Below, piece by piece: positions 40,129 to 54,262 of a DNA stretch of 64,000 nt (its first letter is position 1; every line of letters begins with the position of its first letter). The notes under the pieces are model-generated. The model was not told where the DNA came from. It saw only the letters and a list, made by a program, of their open reading frames with translations, and ran no database searches. Source of the DNA: Octopus sinensis (lineage: Eukaryota); assembly GCF_006345805.1 (NCBI RefSeq), contig NC_043004.1, positions 63,612,001 to 63,676,000 of the forward strand, read 5' to 3'. A program made the position numbers and the translations under genes.

Positions 40129-40330
40129 AGGCGACGAGCTGGCAGAATCGTTAGCACGCTGGGCGAAATGTTCAGCGGCATTTCGTCTACCGTTAGGTTT
40201 TGAGTTCGAATTCCGCAGAGGTCGACCTTTCCTTTCATCCTTTTTGGAGTCGATAAAATTTGTACCAGTTATGTACTGGGATTGATGTAATCTCTTTCCC
40301 AAACTTTGAAACGTTGTACTTCTAGTTGAA
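40129..40330 (+). mobile_element. Family A SINE beside a (TTA)n(GTA)n tract
   Basis: ggcgacgagctggcagaatcgttagcacgc...gagttcgaattccgcagaggtcgac. Confidence 0.9.
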
Positions 40331-40334
40331 AAGA

Positions 40335-41620
40335 TTATTGTATCGAAACTAACAGCTTATTTTCCTGGGTATGATGGAAAGTGTCACTTGTATTACTGTT
40401 TATGTTTCAAGACCCCCGTGAATAATTCTTCCATTTCCAAGCAATGCTGGTTTTGTTGGTACCCTGCCTTCACAGTTGCTCCGGTTTTTTTCAGCCATGC
40501 TGATTGTTGAGTGTTGATACTTCCAAGCGTAACAATTACTTATGGTATCACGTCTACTCCCTTCATTACTACAAACTTCGTATTTCACACTTGAAATTGT
40601 CATGGTTGTTTACTTTTTCTTCTTGTTTCAAACTGATCGTGTTGTCAGCGGGGCATGCTATGTCTATCAATATACATGTTCTTTCATTTTTGCTTATCAC
40701 AACAATGTCTGTTTCCCGATGTCTCGTCTGGTGATCTCACTGGAGCATTGCATCCTACAGGGTTTTGCAATCCACATTTTCCTGATAGCACGTCTTTCCT
40801 TTCTCTAGGCCGTGATTTCCATAGAGCTCCCAATCAATCATTCTTGCCTCATTGTCGTGATGTCTTTTGCATTGTGCCAATTTCGGGCGTTCGCTAACTA
40901 TGAGCCTTACTGTTTCACCATAATTAAATATTGAGATTGATTTTCTCGTGCTACCGCTCTCTTTTTCTCTCTACCTTTGTTCCTCTATGGCCCTGTCTGT
41001 TTCTATATCATGTGGCTTTGCAGTATTGAGAAGGATGTTGAAGACCACACAGAAGCCCTTTCCTTCTAGATATGAGTGATAGTTAACCTACGAGACATCA
41101 CCAAGCCTTTCTCGGTTAGCCTGGGGCAAAACTCGCCCCCAATTACCACTAAATATGGCGGATATGAAGAGACCACTGCACTGCGTATAGGAAACGTTAG
41201 AAAGATTGCTTGATAAAGGCTAATGTAGCTACATGCACCAACAAGATCAGAAACAACAACGGATACAGTTCACGTCATATTATTGGTCCTTAACACTTGT
41301 TCCTGAGCTGCATATATGAATGCTACTGTCTCTTTCTTCAGGTCATTCCTCCTCATCCATAGACACCAGGCCTCTGTATCCATAAAATTTCAATCATCAA
41401 TGAAGATGATGTTGTTGATTATTTGGGATTTTTCCTTTAGTTGTTACCCCAGTTTCATTTTCCTGAGTACCAATGTCAGAGGTATCATGTAGAGAACGAA
41501 AAGCAACAATGATTGGCTGTTACCCTGGAAAATTCATCTTCTGATACCCAGGGTTCCCAAGCATTCTCCATAAGATGCCAGTTCAGTTTCCTATCCCATC
41601 ATACTTCTCTTCAGGAAATC
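40335..41620 (-). mobile_element. R4/Dong-like non-LTR element fragments (RT + restriction-like endonuclease)
   Basis: RIFQGNSQSLLLFVLYMIPL, INNIIFIDD, DLKKETVAFIYAAQEQVLRTN, DIVVISKNERTCILIDIACPAD..KQEEKV. Confidence 0.85.
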
Positions 41621-41734
41621 CGTTACATTCCTCGCAATTACAAACATATCTAAGAACTCAACGATACACGAATGTAGAATCATATTATTTATGACAGTCA
41701 ATCGAAGTCACGCCTAGATTTGTACATATTATTA

Positions 41735-41804
<70 letters not shown>

Positions 41805-41824
41805 CATAATTATTATTATTACGT

Positions 41825-43700
41825 TTACTTTTAATCTGCATGTTTGTTACAGTCACTTGCTGAAACACACCCAACGTCCTAGAGTGAATGCAAGATTATA
41901 AATATTAATATTATTAGTATTGCGTGGGAGAACATGCCATCAAAGTGACACTGGTGTAAAATATACGGAGCCCAGTATACCATCATCACTATCCGTGGTA
42001 ATCTCATATCAAAATATAACTGCGCATGACCTTGCATGTGGGCCCAGTTAGAATTTTTTCAGGTCGAGTAGACCATTCCGCTCAAAAGTTCCCCGAATAA
42101 GGGTTGTTTAATGATGTAGAACGAAACACCCACGTTTCCAAAGGTGAATTATTCAAATCCCAAATAATTCCTCTCAACACATGGCTGTGATGGTCCCCCC
42201 CAACTTCTGCTCGTGGTTAGAGATGCATAATTCGTCAGTCACTAAGGGACTTGGGCTATTGGTTAAGGTCATACAACTGGCAAGAACATCTGTGGTAGAG
42301 AGCCGGGGTGTACGTGCAGCTTTGAGTGTGCTTTTTCTGCTGCTGGGAGTGTGCGAATTGTTCCCGGTATTGTATTTTGTTAGTTCTTTTCCTTGAGGTG
42401 GGTGCTCTCTTTTGTTGTGTTACTGCTTGTATTGTATGTTGATTAGGTAATGTTTTTTTTCTGATTCGCTGGTGGGAGTTTATTTCATTAAGTAAATGTT
42501 GTATAGTGTGTGTCTTGTATTTCTGGGTTGTTTTGTTAAGGTTATATTATTGTATTGATAGTTTCTTGAGTTGGATGTTGGCTGTCCCTAGCAGGTCTAT
42601 ATTTTGGACAATGTGCAGGTTTGAGGATCCAGGTATAGCTTCTACATTTTTGTTCATATGGGTTTTTGTCATGCCCAGTGCCCCACATTTTGAATACTTC
42701 AATTTCGAGGTTTTTGTACTTCGACAATTTCTCTACTTCTTTTTTGACAATATTTTGATCAGAAGATGCTACAATGTCTCTCAGGAAGCAGATGGCTTTT
42801 CCCATTCCCTGAATATTATGTATGGACGAATAGCTTTTCTTCCTTTGTCGGTTGGCACCGACATATCCCAAATGATTGTGGCCTGATGGTTGTCTTGTAT
42901 CTTGTTTGGCTCATGCCTATATTCCCTTTTGTCAGTATTTATGTTCTAATGTTGGCATATTGTTCAGTGGATATACCTGTTTACTTTGTCGTGTCTGTAT
43001 ACATTTCAGACTTGGCAAGGACTGGGTAGCCCGAGATGATGTGGTCAACTGTCTATCTGTGTCGGTTACATATTCTACATTTGGTGATGAGGTCTGTTTT
43101 CATTATTTTTTTTTATAATTGCTTCTAGTCAGGCATTGGTCTTGTGCAGCGATAAGCAGTCCTTCCGTTCCGGCTTTTAATCCAGAACTTTTGACCCATT
43201 GTTGGTTTTTTCTTAGGTGCATTTCCTCTCAGTCAAACCTTGCAGAGTACTGGACATGAAGCAAATTTCCTCTCCATTTCTTCTTCTGCCTCTTTTGGAA
43301 TTCAATTTTTATGTTGCTTTTTGTCTTTCTGACCATTTCTGCTATGCTGTCATCTGAGGTCACTGTGTCAGTGTAGTTTGCTCCTGTTTTGTGTTTTGTC
43401 GTCTCCTTGCGTATAGAGAAAGGCGTTGTTTTTCTCCTCTTGCTTTACTATTTGTAGTAGTCTTCCCCTCCTCTTTACTTCTAAATACATTGCTAGTGAA
43501 ACTTTTCTTATTTCATAGTAGTTTTTTATCTGTTTCAGGCCAGGGCTTTCTTCTAGACGGGATAGATATATTGTACCTGCTTCTGCGTTGGAGTGGTGAC
43601 TTCGGTACGCTATTAGTATTTGGGTAGGGGGTTCTATGTCGGTTTCGCAAATCTCTTATATTCCAGTTTATTATGTTAAAGCTGTTACTTATGACCGTAT
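41825..43700 (-). mobile_element. Second, internally deleted R4/Dong-like element ending at (TAA)n
   Basis: ANR...CFLRDIVASSDQNIVKKEVEKLSKYKNLEIEVFKMW REL domain; 3' end abuts the (ATT)n tract at about 41730-41820. Confidence 0.8.
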
Positions 43701-44329
43701 GACTAGCGTGTTTATCCCTATTATCTTGTTTTTAGCATTAAGTTCATTTAAATGGTAAAGAAACAAGAAGAAATGAGCGACTGTTATTGTTAAAAACTAG
43801 AGACTGCTCCTTGTTCATTAAAACTAAAATGAAACTACATTCCGTGTGCCATTTACAAGTTGAAGATATAAAATGAAATGAAATTCATAGCTAGAAAACG
43901 CTGAAAAATTCAAAATGAGCAATTGTCTTGGCTGTGCCGTATGTACAATGGAGTGGCTCATGCTATTGCCCATATAACGAATGCCCTACACTTGCTCAAA
44001 ACATCTCCAAGTTGTTGCGACACGACCAGGTAGTGAAAGAAATGCGACGGAAACTGTGCGAAAAATGGGGGCTAGAGAGAGGCAATACGTAGTATGAGAA
44101 CAAACCGTAGAAAGCAATGTGGTCGGAGACGAGAAAAACACATTTTGCATTTGTGAGTTCCTGATAAATTTGCATACATATATATTTTTCAATAGGTTCG
44201 AAAAATTCTTGTTTAGCAGCGTCCCTTTTCAGAGTCTGTGCAGCAACGGGCAGCTACATCAATTTGATTGTAAAAGTAAAAGGACACCATTCTCAAGCAT
44301 TTAGCATTGACTGTTCGTACGTGCTGTCT

Positions 44330-44900
44330 CTCGGGTAATTGCTATGGGTGCTGCTAGACGCTTCGCGAGGCATCCACTTGAACTAGGAATCGGATGATTC
44401 ATGTCAGCTTCTGTGGACAACATCTCCGCAATAATGTCGTGTGTCTATGACATTGAGTTAATCGGCACTAACCTAATGGAGTACGAAACAGTGAGAGGAG
44501 CAAAGATTAAACAAGAGGAATCGGTGGACCTCCAGCTGGCACCTGGTGAGGCAGGTGTATGCAGGCTGAAAGTGCCATTTGTTACTGGACTGAATAATAT
44601 ATTAAGTTGCTGGGGATCTTGTTTGGACAGGAACTACAGGAATATAAGTATCTTAAGTGAGACGTGAAGAGAAACGTGGTCAGTCATGCGAAAAGTAACA
44701 GTTCATGAAATGTGGTTAATGCCTATATCACATCCTTCATCTTCCACTGCGTGATCGGCATCCCTTGCTTTGCTTCGTTGTTGACCAAGCTGGATCGCTA
44801 ACTCTTCTGCTTTCTGTGGAAGGGATGGATGCCGGTTATCAGACTGGCCATTGGCTACTGAGATTCTGTGACCGTTAGTTTCCATTAAGGTTCAAGAACG
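44330..44900 (+). mobile_element. Tx1/L1-clade RT fragment
   Basis: SASVDNISAI..DIELIGTNLMEYETVRGAKI; IKLLGILFG. Confidence 0.7.
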
Positions 44901-45816
44901 GTAGATACCTCCTGTCAAGGAGTGTATACTGCAGTTTTTATAGTGTTATGTCGTGTGTGTTTGTATCGTATAGCGTTGTACGAATAACTTTGCTTTGATT
45001 AGAACAGACATTCGCTATCAGAGACAATAGTTAATTTATATTCAATGACAATTTTTTCGACAGAGATCTGCAACTGCGATGGTAGCGAGAATAGTCCCCA
45101 CCACCACCACCATTTCCGAATCAAGTAATGGCTGATTACTTTAATGCAAAATACACTAGAGAAATGGAAACTCTTTCTCCATATACTTATAAGAAATTTC
45201 GAAAATACACCTCTAAGTTTGTTCGTTTTGTGGAATGAATGCATATAGAAACTATAAAGAAAAAGGAATATCTTCTCAATGGAGTTGATGAGTAAATTCA
45301 ACTCACCACAGAATATAAAATGAGCAAGTCTCCTTTTAAGACATAATCATAAAGAATGTCAACAACTAAATAAGGGCGGACAAATCAGGACTCCAATTCT
45401 ACGTACTCCTAACAATATATTCCCTTCACTTCATACTATCCTAGATATACCAGGATGGTTGATTCTCGTAAACTAGCCTAAATAATGTGTACAAATTATT
45501 GGATACATAACCCGTGACATAAGATTCCAAGAACTATTTGTTACTCTTCTTGACTGGAAGTACTCACCATTCTTAATTGATAAAGGAAATAAACAAATTT
45601 ATAAAAGTGTTAAGTATTACGGGTTGTGTTAACAGTTTTACCATAAAAGCAATACAAAAAAAAAACAGCCAACGTCTTGCAACGAATTTATGAAAATTAA
45701 TTTTAGTCTCAAATAACCGAAACTTCAAAACGGTGTCCATATTCACCATTTATTTTATATTTTGTTCACTTTCGTGCTTTGAGAATAACTAATTCTATTC
45801 AATCGTATATTTTAAG

Positions 45817-45875
45817 GAACCAGGTCTCAGACATGGATATACAAGCTGTCTATTATGTGGTAAATAATTCAATTC
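45817..45875 (+). CDS. M13 peptidase copy 2, exon NQVSDMDIQAVYYVVNNSI(H), phase 2-1
   Basis: attttaag/gtaagt sites, 59 nt; IQAVY at the VNAFY position. Confidence 0.9.
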
Positions 45876-46169
45876 GTAAGTTAATGAATATTTTATTAAA
45901 TTTTAAACAAATTATAAAGCTTTTATTCACTATAATTTATATGATTAGCAATGTTTGTTTTTATACATTCTGCAAATTGAACGACCCTTGTAATTTTAGG
46001 TGCACATATACTCTCAAAGGAACATGAAATGTTTTCATAGTCTAACATTTCCAACAACTAGAAAGCTCATTTTTCATAGAAGTTATTGTTTACCCGCCAA
46101 AAAATTGTCTTCGCACTCCTGCATAAGAACTAAAGGCCAGAAGAGTAGCAACTATATATTGCATTAATT

Positions 46170-46320
46170 ATTGGATCTATGTTCAAATTCCACCTAGAAT
46201 TCACATTGTCTTTTATCCTTTCGGGGTCGATAACATAAGTGCTACTTAAACATTGTGGTCGATATAATAGACTTAGCCCTTTCTTGAAATACGAGGCCTT
46301 CTGCTAAACTGAAATCAATG
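46170..46320 (+). mobile_element. Degenerate family A SINE
   Basis: gttcaaattccacc...ttttatcctttcggggtcgataa. Confidence 0.65.
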
Positions 46321-47214
46321 TAGGAAGCATGCATGTTTTATTTCAATAGCTGCCAATTGTCTTTCATTTTGCTATAAAGAAATGAGAGGCGTTACTTTTC
46401 AAGATTGATTAGTTGCTTCGTAAAGCCGAGATCAGCAAGTTGGGACTTTACCAGCAATTCACCTGTAAGAGAGATTGCATGGGAAATAACTGAGTTGAAA
46501 GGTGTTGCTCTAAGAAATCATAACTAGGAGGACTCAGATCATTAATTTCACAGTAATGGAGACTCCAGTATGCGACGGAGAGTATGTACAATATCCCTTC
46601 ATACTCATATGAACAATGTTCAAATAAAAGATTCGACTACATATGCCTTTGGGTATAATAGAAAAACACCTTTGGAAATCCGGATATATAACGTAATCCA
46701 AACTTTTGTACTGGAGGTAATTTCCGCTATGTGAAAAATAACCGTAATCTAAGCACAGCCCATATATAATGATTATTATAAAGATGACGATAATTGATTG
46801 AGTGCGTGAGTGAATGTGTGATCGAGTGACCGATTGACTGACAGATTTATTTGTTGATTGATTGATAGTTTCATTGATCGAGTGCTTTCTTTGATTGACA
46901 TCTTATTGCTTCAATAGTTGAAATAGTTACACATTCAATTAGCAAGTATAGCCTATGAAATTGAATATGCGACTTGAGATGACAGCTGAATTACATGTAA
47001 AATCCATGTGATAGGCATCTCGAAAGAGCTTTAAATCAAATTTCGTAAAGAAGGTTTTACAATTCATACGAAAGCATCGGAAGGACCAGGCATACAAAAT
47101 TCAATGGAAAATAAAACATAAACGCTCACTTACAAACACACACGCAATATAGTATTGTACAATGGTTTATCATTTTCTAGCTATTACATTTTGAAGATAT
47201 TCTTTTCTACTCTA

Positions 47215-47410
47215 GGCCCGAAATTTTTGGGGAGAGGGCAAGTCGATTAGATCGAACCCAGTACACTCCTGGTACCTAACTTATCGCCCCCGAAAGGCAT
47301 GAGAGGCAAAGTCGACCTTGGCGGAATTTGAACGCAGAACATAAAGGCAGATGAAATGCCGCTAAGCATTTCAGCCGGTGTGCTAAAGTTTCTTCCAGCT
47401 CGCCGCCTTA
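47215..47410 (-). mobile_element. Family A SINE ending about 40 bp before the 47453 acceptor
   Basis: Reverse complement of aaggcggcgagctggaagaaactttagcacaccggctgaaatgcttagcggc... Confidence 0.9.
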
Positions 47411-47452
47411 ACATTTTCAAGATATTAATTTGATACATTTGAACTTCTGCAG

Positions 47453-47504
47453 ATATCCCCATCGCTATGCTGCAGCCACCAGTATTCTATAAAGGAGCGC
47501 CTAT
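47453..47504 (+). CDS. M13 peptidase copy 2, exon IPIAMLQPPVFYKGAP(M), phase 1-2
   Basis: ttctgcag/gtgagt sites; LQPP motif of M13. Confidence 0.95.
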
Positions 47505-48060
47505 GTGAGTATCATATTCATTTCTCTCTTATCATCGCCATTATGCATCTGTTGGAAATGCTCATCAACATGAGCAACGGCAGCAATAGTATGATTACAT
47601 TTATGGATATTATTTCATTTCTTGTATATTATTCTTACTCAAAATCTGCTATCACACATATCATTGGTACTTCTGTACGTACATTACTTATATTCCGTTC
47701 ATTTTCACATATCTTCATTTATATTCTATCTCCCAGTCACAGTTATGAAATTATAAAATTCTAACTCCAGACTCAGTCTTCCTGCAAAGTAATATTTATA
47801 GGAAAGAATCAGCACACAAAAAAATTTCAGGAAAATAAAACAAAACATATCAACACTCAAACGCTATGGAACTGAACATGGAACCAATTGGATGGACAAC
47901 AAACTCCGTATTACAAATCTCCACATCTGCGCCACCTATGCATTTATATATAAATGTATATATCTTGAAATACAACAAAATCTGTTTCAACACACGTATT
48001 TACATCAGCAATCTTGGAAAACGAATACACACACATACACACATACACACATACACACAC

Positions 48061-48145
<85 letters not shown>

Positions 48146-48350
48146 ATAAATATTCGGAAATAAATCCAAGCTTACAGGGAAAAATCAGATTTAGGATTGA
48201 ATCCAATTTTATAGTAAAATATTATATTATATTAAATTAGAGAGAAAACCACTATTAGGCAAATCATACAATGAAAAACTTAAGCCAATACATTTAATTT
48301 ATATTATTTAAATATATAACAAAATTATTAAAAAAATATAATTAATATAT

Positions 48351-48415
48351 CACTACGATCGTTTCATTGCTGTTAATTTCTTTAAATTTTCGAGTTACAG
48401 TCATTCATCAGGTGG
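48351..48415 (-). ncRNA. Minimal type I hammerhead ribozyme motif
   Basis: Minus strand: ccac-CUGAUGA-augacugu...acagcaau-GAAAC-gauc-GUA-gug; palindromic stem III (acgaucgu). Confidence 0.7.
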
Positions 48416-48703
48416 TTTAAATATTTATCTTGGCGAGGTTTAAACAATATAAATATATATATATATACCTATATATATATATATATATATATATCCATTA
48501 TCCGAGTGAGTGAATAATCGAAAGAAGAGCACTCACCCAATTTATTGGGAGTTATATGTATGGATTAAAACAGTTCGATCCGTACATATATATATATTGA
48601 TAAAAATAGTAAGATAACAAGAGAAAGAAAGAGACCACGTTATTATGTAAATAGAGGAGTTTGTCTGTAAATATAATATGTGACAATTATTCGGTAGCCA
48701 TCG

Positions 48704-48762
48704 TAAAACTCCGAGTTTCGGATGCCGAGGGGGAAATCCACGCTACCATCTCTTCAGTAATC
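48704..48762 (-). ncRNA. Hammerhead-like motif, imperfect stems
   Basis: Minus strand: uua-CUGAAGA-gaug...cauc-c-GAAAC-ucgga-GUU; stem I pairs poorly. Confidence 0.5.
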
Positions 48763-48889
48763 CGGCCATCGGAAAAATGCTATGAAAAATGACCGTTATA
48801 CAAAGGAAAATTACTGTGTGATTGATCGTTATTAAGCCAAAAGAACTATTCGAATGACCACTAAGTAAGGGAGTATAAAAGGTCATAGT

Positions 48890-49427
48890 ATTCGCGTAAG
48901 CGTGCCCATACCTACACATGAGCCCGCAGACCCACGTGCGTGCGCCTAAAAGTATGCATTCATCCACCTTCACTTAAAAACGTACACAAAAGTCTACAAT
49001 AGAATAGTTGATTGACGGCCTGGCCCTGACGGACGAATTCTCGATGTAGAATACCACATTTTCGTGGGTGAGGCTCATGAAAGGTTTTCCAGTTCGCTCA
49101 TTATTTTCCAGGGACGTCATTCCGCTTTCGAGGCACACGTACTACTCCAAAGATTACGTACGCTCCATTGCCACATCGCCGTAAACTTTCCGAAGTATGT
49201 CCAATATCTCAGTAACAGACTTCCCAAGTGTGACACAAAATCTAACGTTTGCATTTTGTGTCAGTATACACATGAACACAGCAACACAAACTTCACAACT
49301 TGAGAAGCAAACAGAGCACACTGCCTCACGAATGGCACCGCTACCTCTCAATGCAAACGCAACCGTGTGCTGTCATGTTTTGAGAACTAGAGAACAAGCC
49401 CCAGAACTATTTGAAACCACCTTGTAT
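48890..49427 (-). mobile_element. Internally deleted mariner relic
   Basis: CVTLGKSVTEILDILRKVYGDVAM, EFVRQGQAVNQLFY; TIR-like ta-caaggtggtttcaaatagttc. Confidence 0.75.
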
Positions 49428-49650
49428 AAGAGCGAATATTTACGTATATGAATGTGCGTATGTGTGCATCCGCATATGCGCCTGTATACGTGTGCGTGCT
49501 TGTGTATGATATATATTTGTATCGATGTGTAATTATAAATATATTTGTCGTGGTGGGTGCATGTGTATATGGATATATATGAAGATTTGTATGGACTTTT
49601 CATACATCTTCGCATATTAATATGATATATATATATATATATATATATAG

Positions 49651-50060
49651 CTAATGTAGGATAATTTTTTTTCGGGAGAAAAATGTTATCAATGGGCAGC
49701 ATATCAAAAAATCCATATAAAAGTTTCAATTTATAAGTAATTTACAAGATAAGGGCAAAAGAATAATTCTAATGCCAAATATGCCGAAGAAAAGGCAAAA
49801 AATTGTCAATAACCATTATAATTTATGCGTCTCGAAACAAACCGACAGAAATTTCTAAAAAATCCGTTATTACCGTATTGGTCCCATGAATTATAATGGT
49901 TATTGACAAGTTTTGCCTTTTTTTCGGCATATTTGTCATTTGAATTTTTCTTTTGCCCTTATCTTGTAAATTATTTATAAATTTAACCTTTAAAGGTATT
50001 TTTTGATATGCTGGCCATTGATAAAATTTTTTTCCCGAAAAAAATGTTATCCTATTTTAG
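49651..50060. repeat. Foldback with about 170-bp arms and a 64-bp spacer
   Basis: 49651-49823 pairs with 49888-50060 (aatttacaagataagggcaaaag / cttttgcccttatcttgtaaatt). Confidence 0.88.
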
Positions 50061-50250
50061 TTATAAATTGAATAGTGTTCACTTCCGGATTCTCTCACTC
50101 TGTGAAAGTTTCTAGTTCGAATCACACATGTCTCGAGACGTGCCGAAGTTTTTCTAATTTGGATATATTTGGTGTACTTAGGTCTGCTCGGGACTTCGTG
50201 CTTGCTTTTTCCATGGGTATGAGTAAGTATTTCACTTATACCCCACGTAT

Positions 50251-50309
50251 TTATCGCTGAAGAGGGGAAAATTCTTTGAATTAACCCCGAAATTGGACCA
50301 ATACGGTAA
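50251..50309 (+). ncRNA. Type I hammerhead ribozyme motif, core intact
   Basis: uuaucg-CUGAAGA-gggg(aaaauucuuugaauuaa)cccc-GAAA-uugg-a-ccaa-UA-cgguaa; stem I 6 bp (one G.U), stem II 4 GC pairs, near-palindromic stem III. Confidence 0.82.
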
Positions 50310-50362
50310 TAATGGATATTTTAGAAATTTCTGTCGGTTTGTTTCGAGACGCATAAATTATA

Positions 50363-50452
<90 letters not shown>

Positions 50453-52235
50453 TGTGTGTTTGTGTGTGTGTGTGTGTGTCTGTGTGTCTGTGTGTGTGTA
50501 TACATAATTCAAATAGAGGTTATGTTCGCCTCTTGAAGGGATGGTATCAACCAAGGAAATGCAGGTTTAATACCTAATATTTTGGTTTGGCGGGGTGTTA
50601 ATATCTATAAAATAATACTTTTATATATAAACCATGGTTTATAATCATGCAAATGAAAAATGGGAAAATGGAGATATTGAAGTTAAGAGTTATTCATTAT
50701 CCCTTATAGCAGTTTCAATTAAGCTTAGTGGAATTAAATAAATATTAAAATCATATTTCTGACCTTATTCTCTTCAGAAGGAAGAAAAATAGATGTTTTG
50801 TCTGTTAGTTTATGTAATCATCAACGAAGACTGAATAATACTGTTTATGATTAGCAATGGTATATGTCTAGGGCGATGGGTTAACGGATTTGTTGTAGGT
50901 AAAATATAATATGTAAATAAAATTTGGGCAATGAAAAGTAGATAGAGATTAAATAGCAAATTACAATGTAAATAAAAGGGTATATACAAAATTGAAGAAT
51001 CTTATCGCAATTTCACCAAGCAACTGTGTTGATACACGGCAATAACCTAGAAACTAGTCCACAGATATTGTTTCTTTTTTCTTTTGCTGGATTTGTGTAC
51101 TGGACGCCCTGTTCGAAACTATAAGAGCGTAGATATTGTGTCATATAACCTGCTGGAAACGATGTTTTCTGAGGCTATCTAGAAATAATAATGTGTGAAT
51201 ACATATATATATATAGATATCAATATTCACGCTAACATATACGTTTCATATACAACTACGTCCACACACTCTCACACACGTAAATGCGCATATTCACATG
51301 TACATCCATATACATAAAAATGCGCGTAAATTATACATACATACATATATATATATACGCACACATACACTTATATACGTATATACATATACACATACAC
51401 ACGTATATATGTGTATACACATATAGATAAAGACATATACGCATAAATATATACACAAGCGCACACTTAGATATGCTTACACTATTAATCATTTATCACC
51501 TATAATAAAAATGCTATATAGATCCTTTAGATCAGTTAATTCGATTGGTTAGTGGAATTTTAAATATGTTTCAAACCAGATTGCTTTTCGAATGAAGTTG
51601 AATAGCTCTAACGGTTTATTGAGATTTTTCTCGTTTGTATAATAGGTTCATATTTTGTTAGCAATTTTAAACTAGTGTAATGTAAGAGGGGAGGGAATAG
51701 TGCAAATTTTTATTCGTATGAATTTGTTTAAAAATTTATATGTAGATATATATGAGAACATAAATACAAGCAAATGAGAGCTCACTCATATAAACAATTG
51801 GTCGTAAATGTTAGTTTAAGTGAATAATGAAACAGATATTTAGTAATTTATTGATTAGAATGGTATATATATATATTCACAAATATTATTGCTCATAGAT
51901 ACATAATTAGTTAAATGGTAACGTATTAATTAGAATGGTATATATTTATGTACGTACTATATAGAGGTGTAATGCATTCAATGAGGATAGAACTTTGTCA
52001 ACAAAGATTCTTCAAGTTTTTCAGAAAGAATCGTCTTTCCATAAATGTTGAGAGGGATAATAATTCAAATAATGTTTTTGATATTATCTTTAATTTATCA
52101 ACTGGATAACATGAACCTTACACAAAATCTAATTCGAATCTAAGCTATATCAACTTCCAAATTAATCATCCTAGATCAGTTTAAATGCGTTAGTCTCTAA
52201 TTCTAGTAAAAGGGTTACATATATGTCATCCAATG

Positions 52236-52566
52236 AGTGGCTCCTTGGGCAAGTGTTTTCTATTATAGCCTCGGGCCGACCAATGCCTTGTGAGTGGATT
52301 TGGTAGACGGAAACTGAAAGAAGCCCGTCGTATATATGTATGTGTGTGTATATGTTTGTGTGTCTGTGTTTGTCCCCCAACATCGCTTGACAACAGATGT
52401 TGGGGTGTTTACGTCCCCGTAACTTAGCGGTTCGGCAAAAGATACCGATAGAATAAGTACTAGGCTTACAAAGAATAAGTCCTGGAGTCGATTTGCTCGA
52501 CTAAAGGCGGTGCTCCAGCATGGCCACAGTCAAATGACTGAAACAAATAAAAGAGTAAATAGAGTA
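52236..52566 (+). mobile_element. 5'-truncated family B SINE
   Basis: Starts at ccttgggcaagtg; same body and tail as 32288. Confidence 0.9.
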
Positions 52567-53043
52567 TGCAATATAGCCTTAGCAAACACTGGATATAGAA
52601 ATAAAATAGAATACTGCCAACCTGACATCATTAATAACGATAGCATAATTAATTACCACCAAAAACAAAAAAAAATATGGTAAACTTTATAGTCCCATGA
52701 TAAATAGTTATATACTTAAAAATAAATACATAACAAGTAACCCAATATATATAAACAAGGGACTCCTAATGATAAAAGAGATAAGATCACTTTAAATCAA
52801 ACTAATAATAGTTTGATTCAGTCTGCCGTGATGATTCACAAACCTAACACATAAAATATCTAAGAAGATATTTTATCTCCCTCTGAAGAGATTACGCTTA
52901 GAATTATGATTTTAATATTTATTTAAGCAGCTGTATGGGATGATCAATTTTTAGGTGAATATAATCTCTTTCTAACCTCGATATCTCCATTTTTTAATTC
53001 TTCACATACATACATACATACCCACATACATACATAGATGTAC

Positions 53044-53112
<69 letters not shown>

Positions 53113-53129
53113 TATTACTTCATTTGCAG

Positions 53130-53197
53130 GGCTCTGAATTTTGCAGGACTGGGAACGTTAATTGGTCATGAAATACTTCATGCTTTTGAAGCTGACT
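53130..53197 (+). CDS. M13 peptidase copy 2, zinc-binding exon [22 protein letters not shown], phase 2-1
   Basis: atttgcag/gtgagt sites; HEXXH in the M13 context LN(Y/F)xGxGxxIGHEIxHxF. Confidence 0.97.
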
Positions 53198-53398
53198 GTG
53201 AGTATTATATTCATTAGTGAATTATTTTCAACATTTTTTTTCATAGTGTCATTTATTATAATACATAACGGATCAGACAGAACTTAGTTGAAGTCAAATA
53301 TATTCTGCTTGGCTTGAACTGGGACGTAGAGTTTCGTTAATTACAAAACCGGTGCATAGCAGCTCCAACTGAAAGTCCTTGATTAATATACAAACATT

Positions 53399-53441
<43 letters not shown>

Positions 53442-53446
53442 CTCTC

Positions 53447-54262
<816 letters not shown>

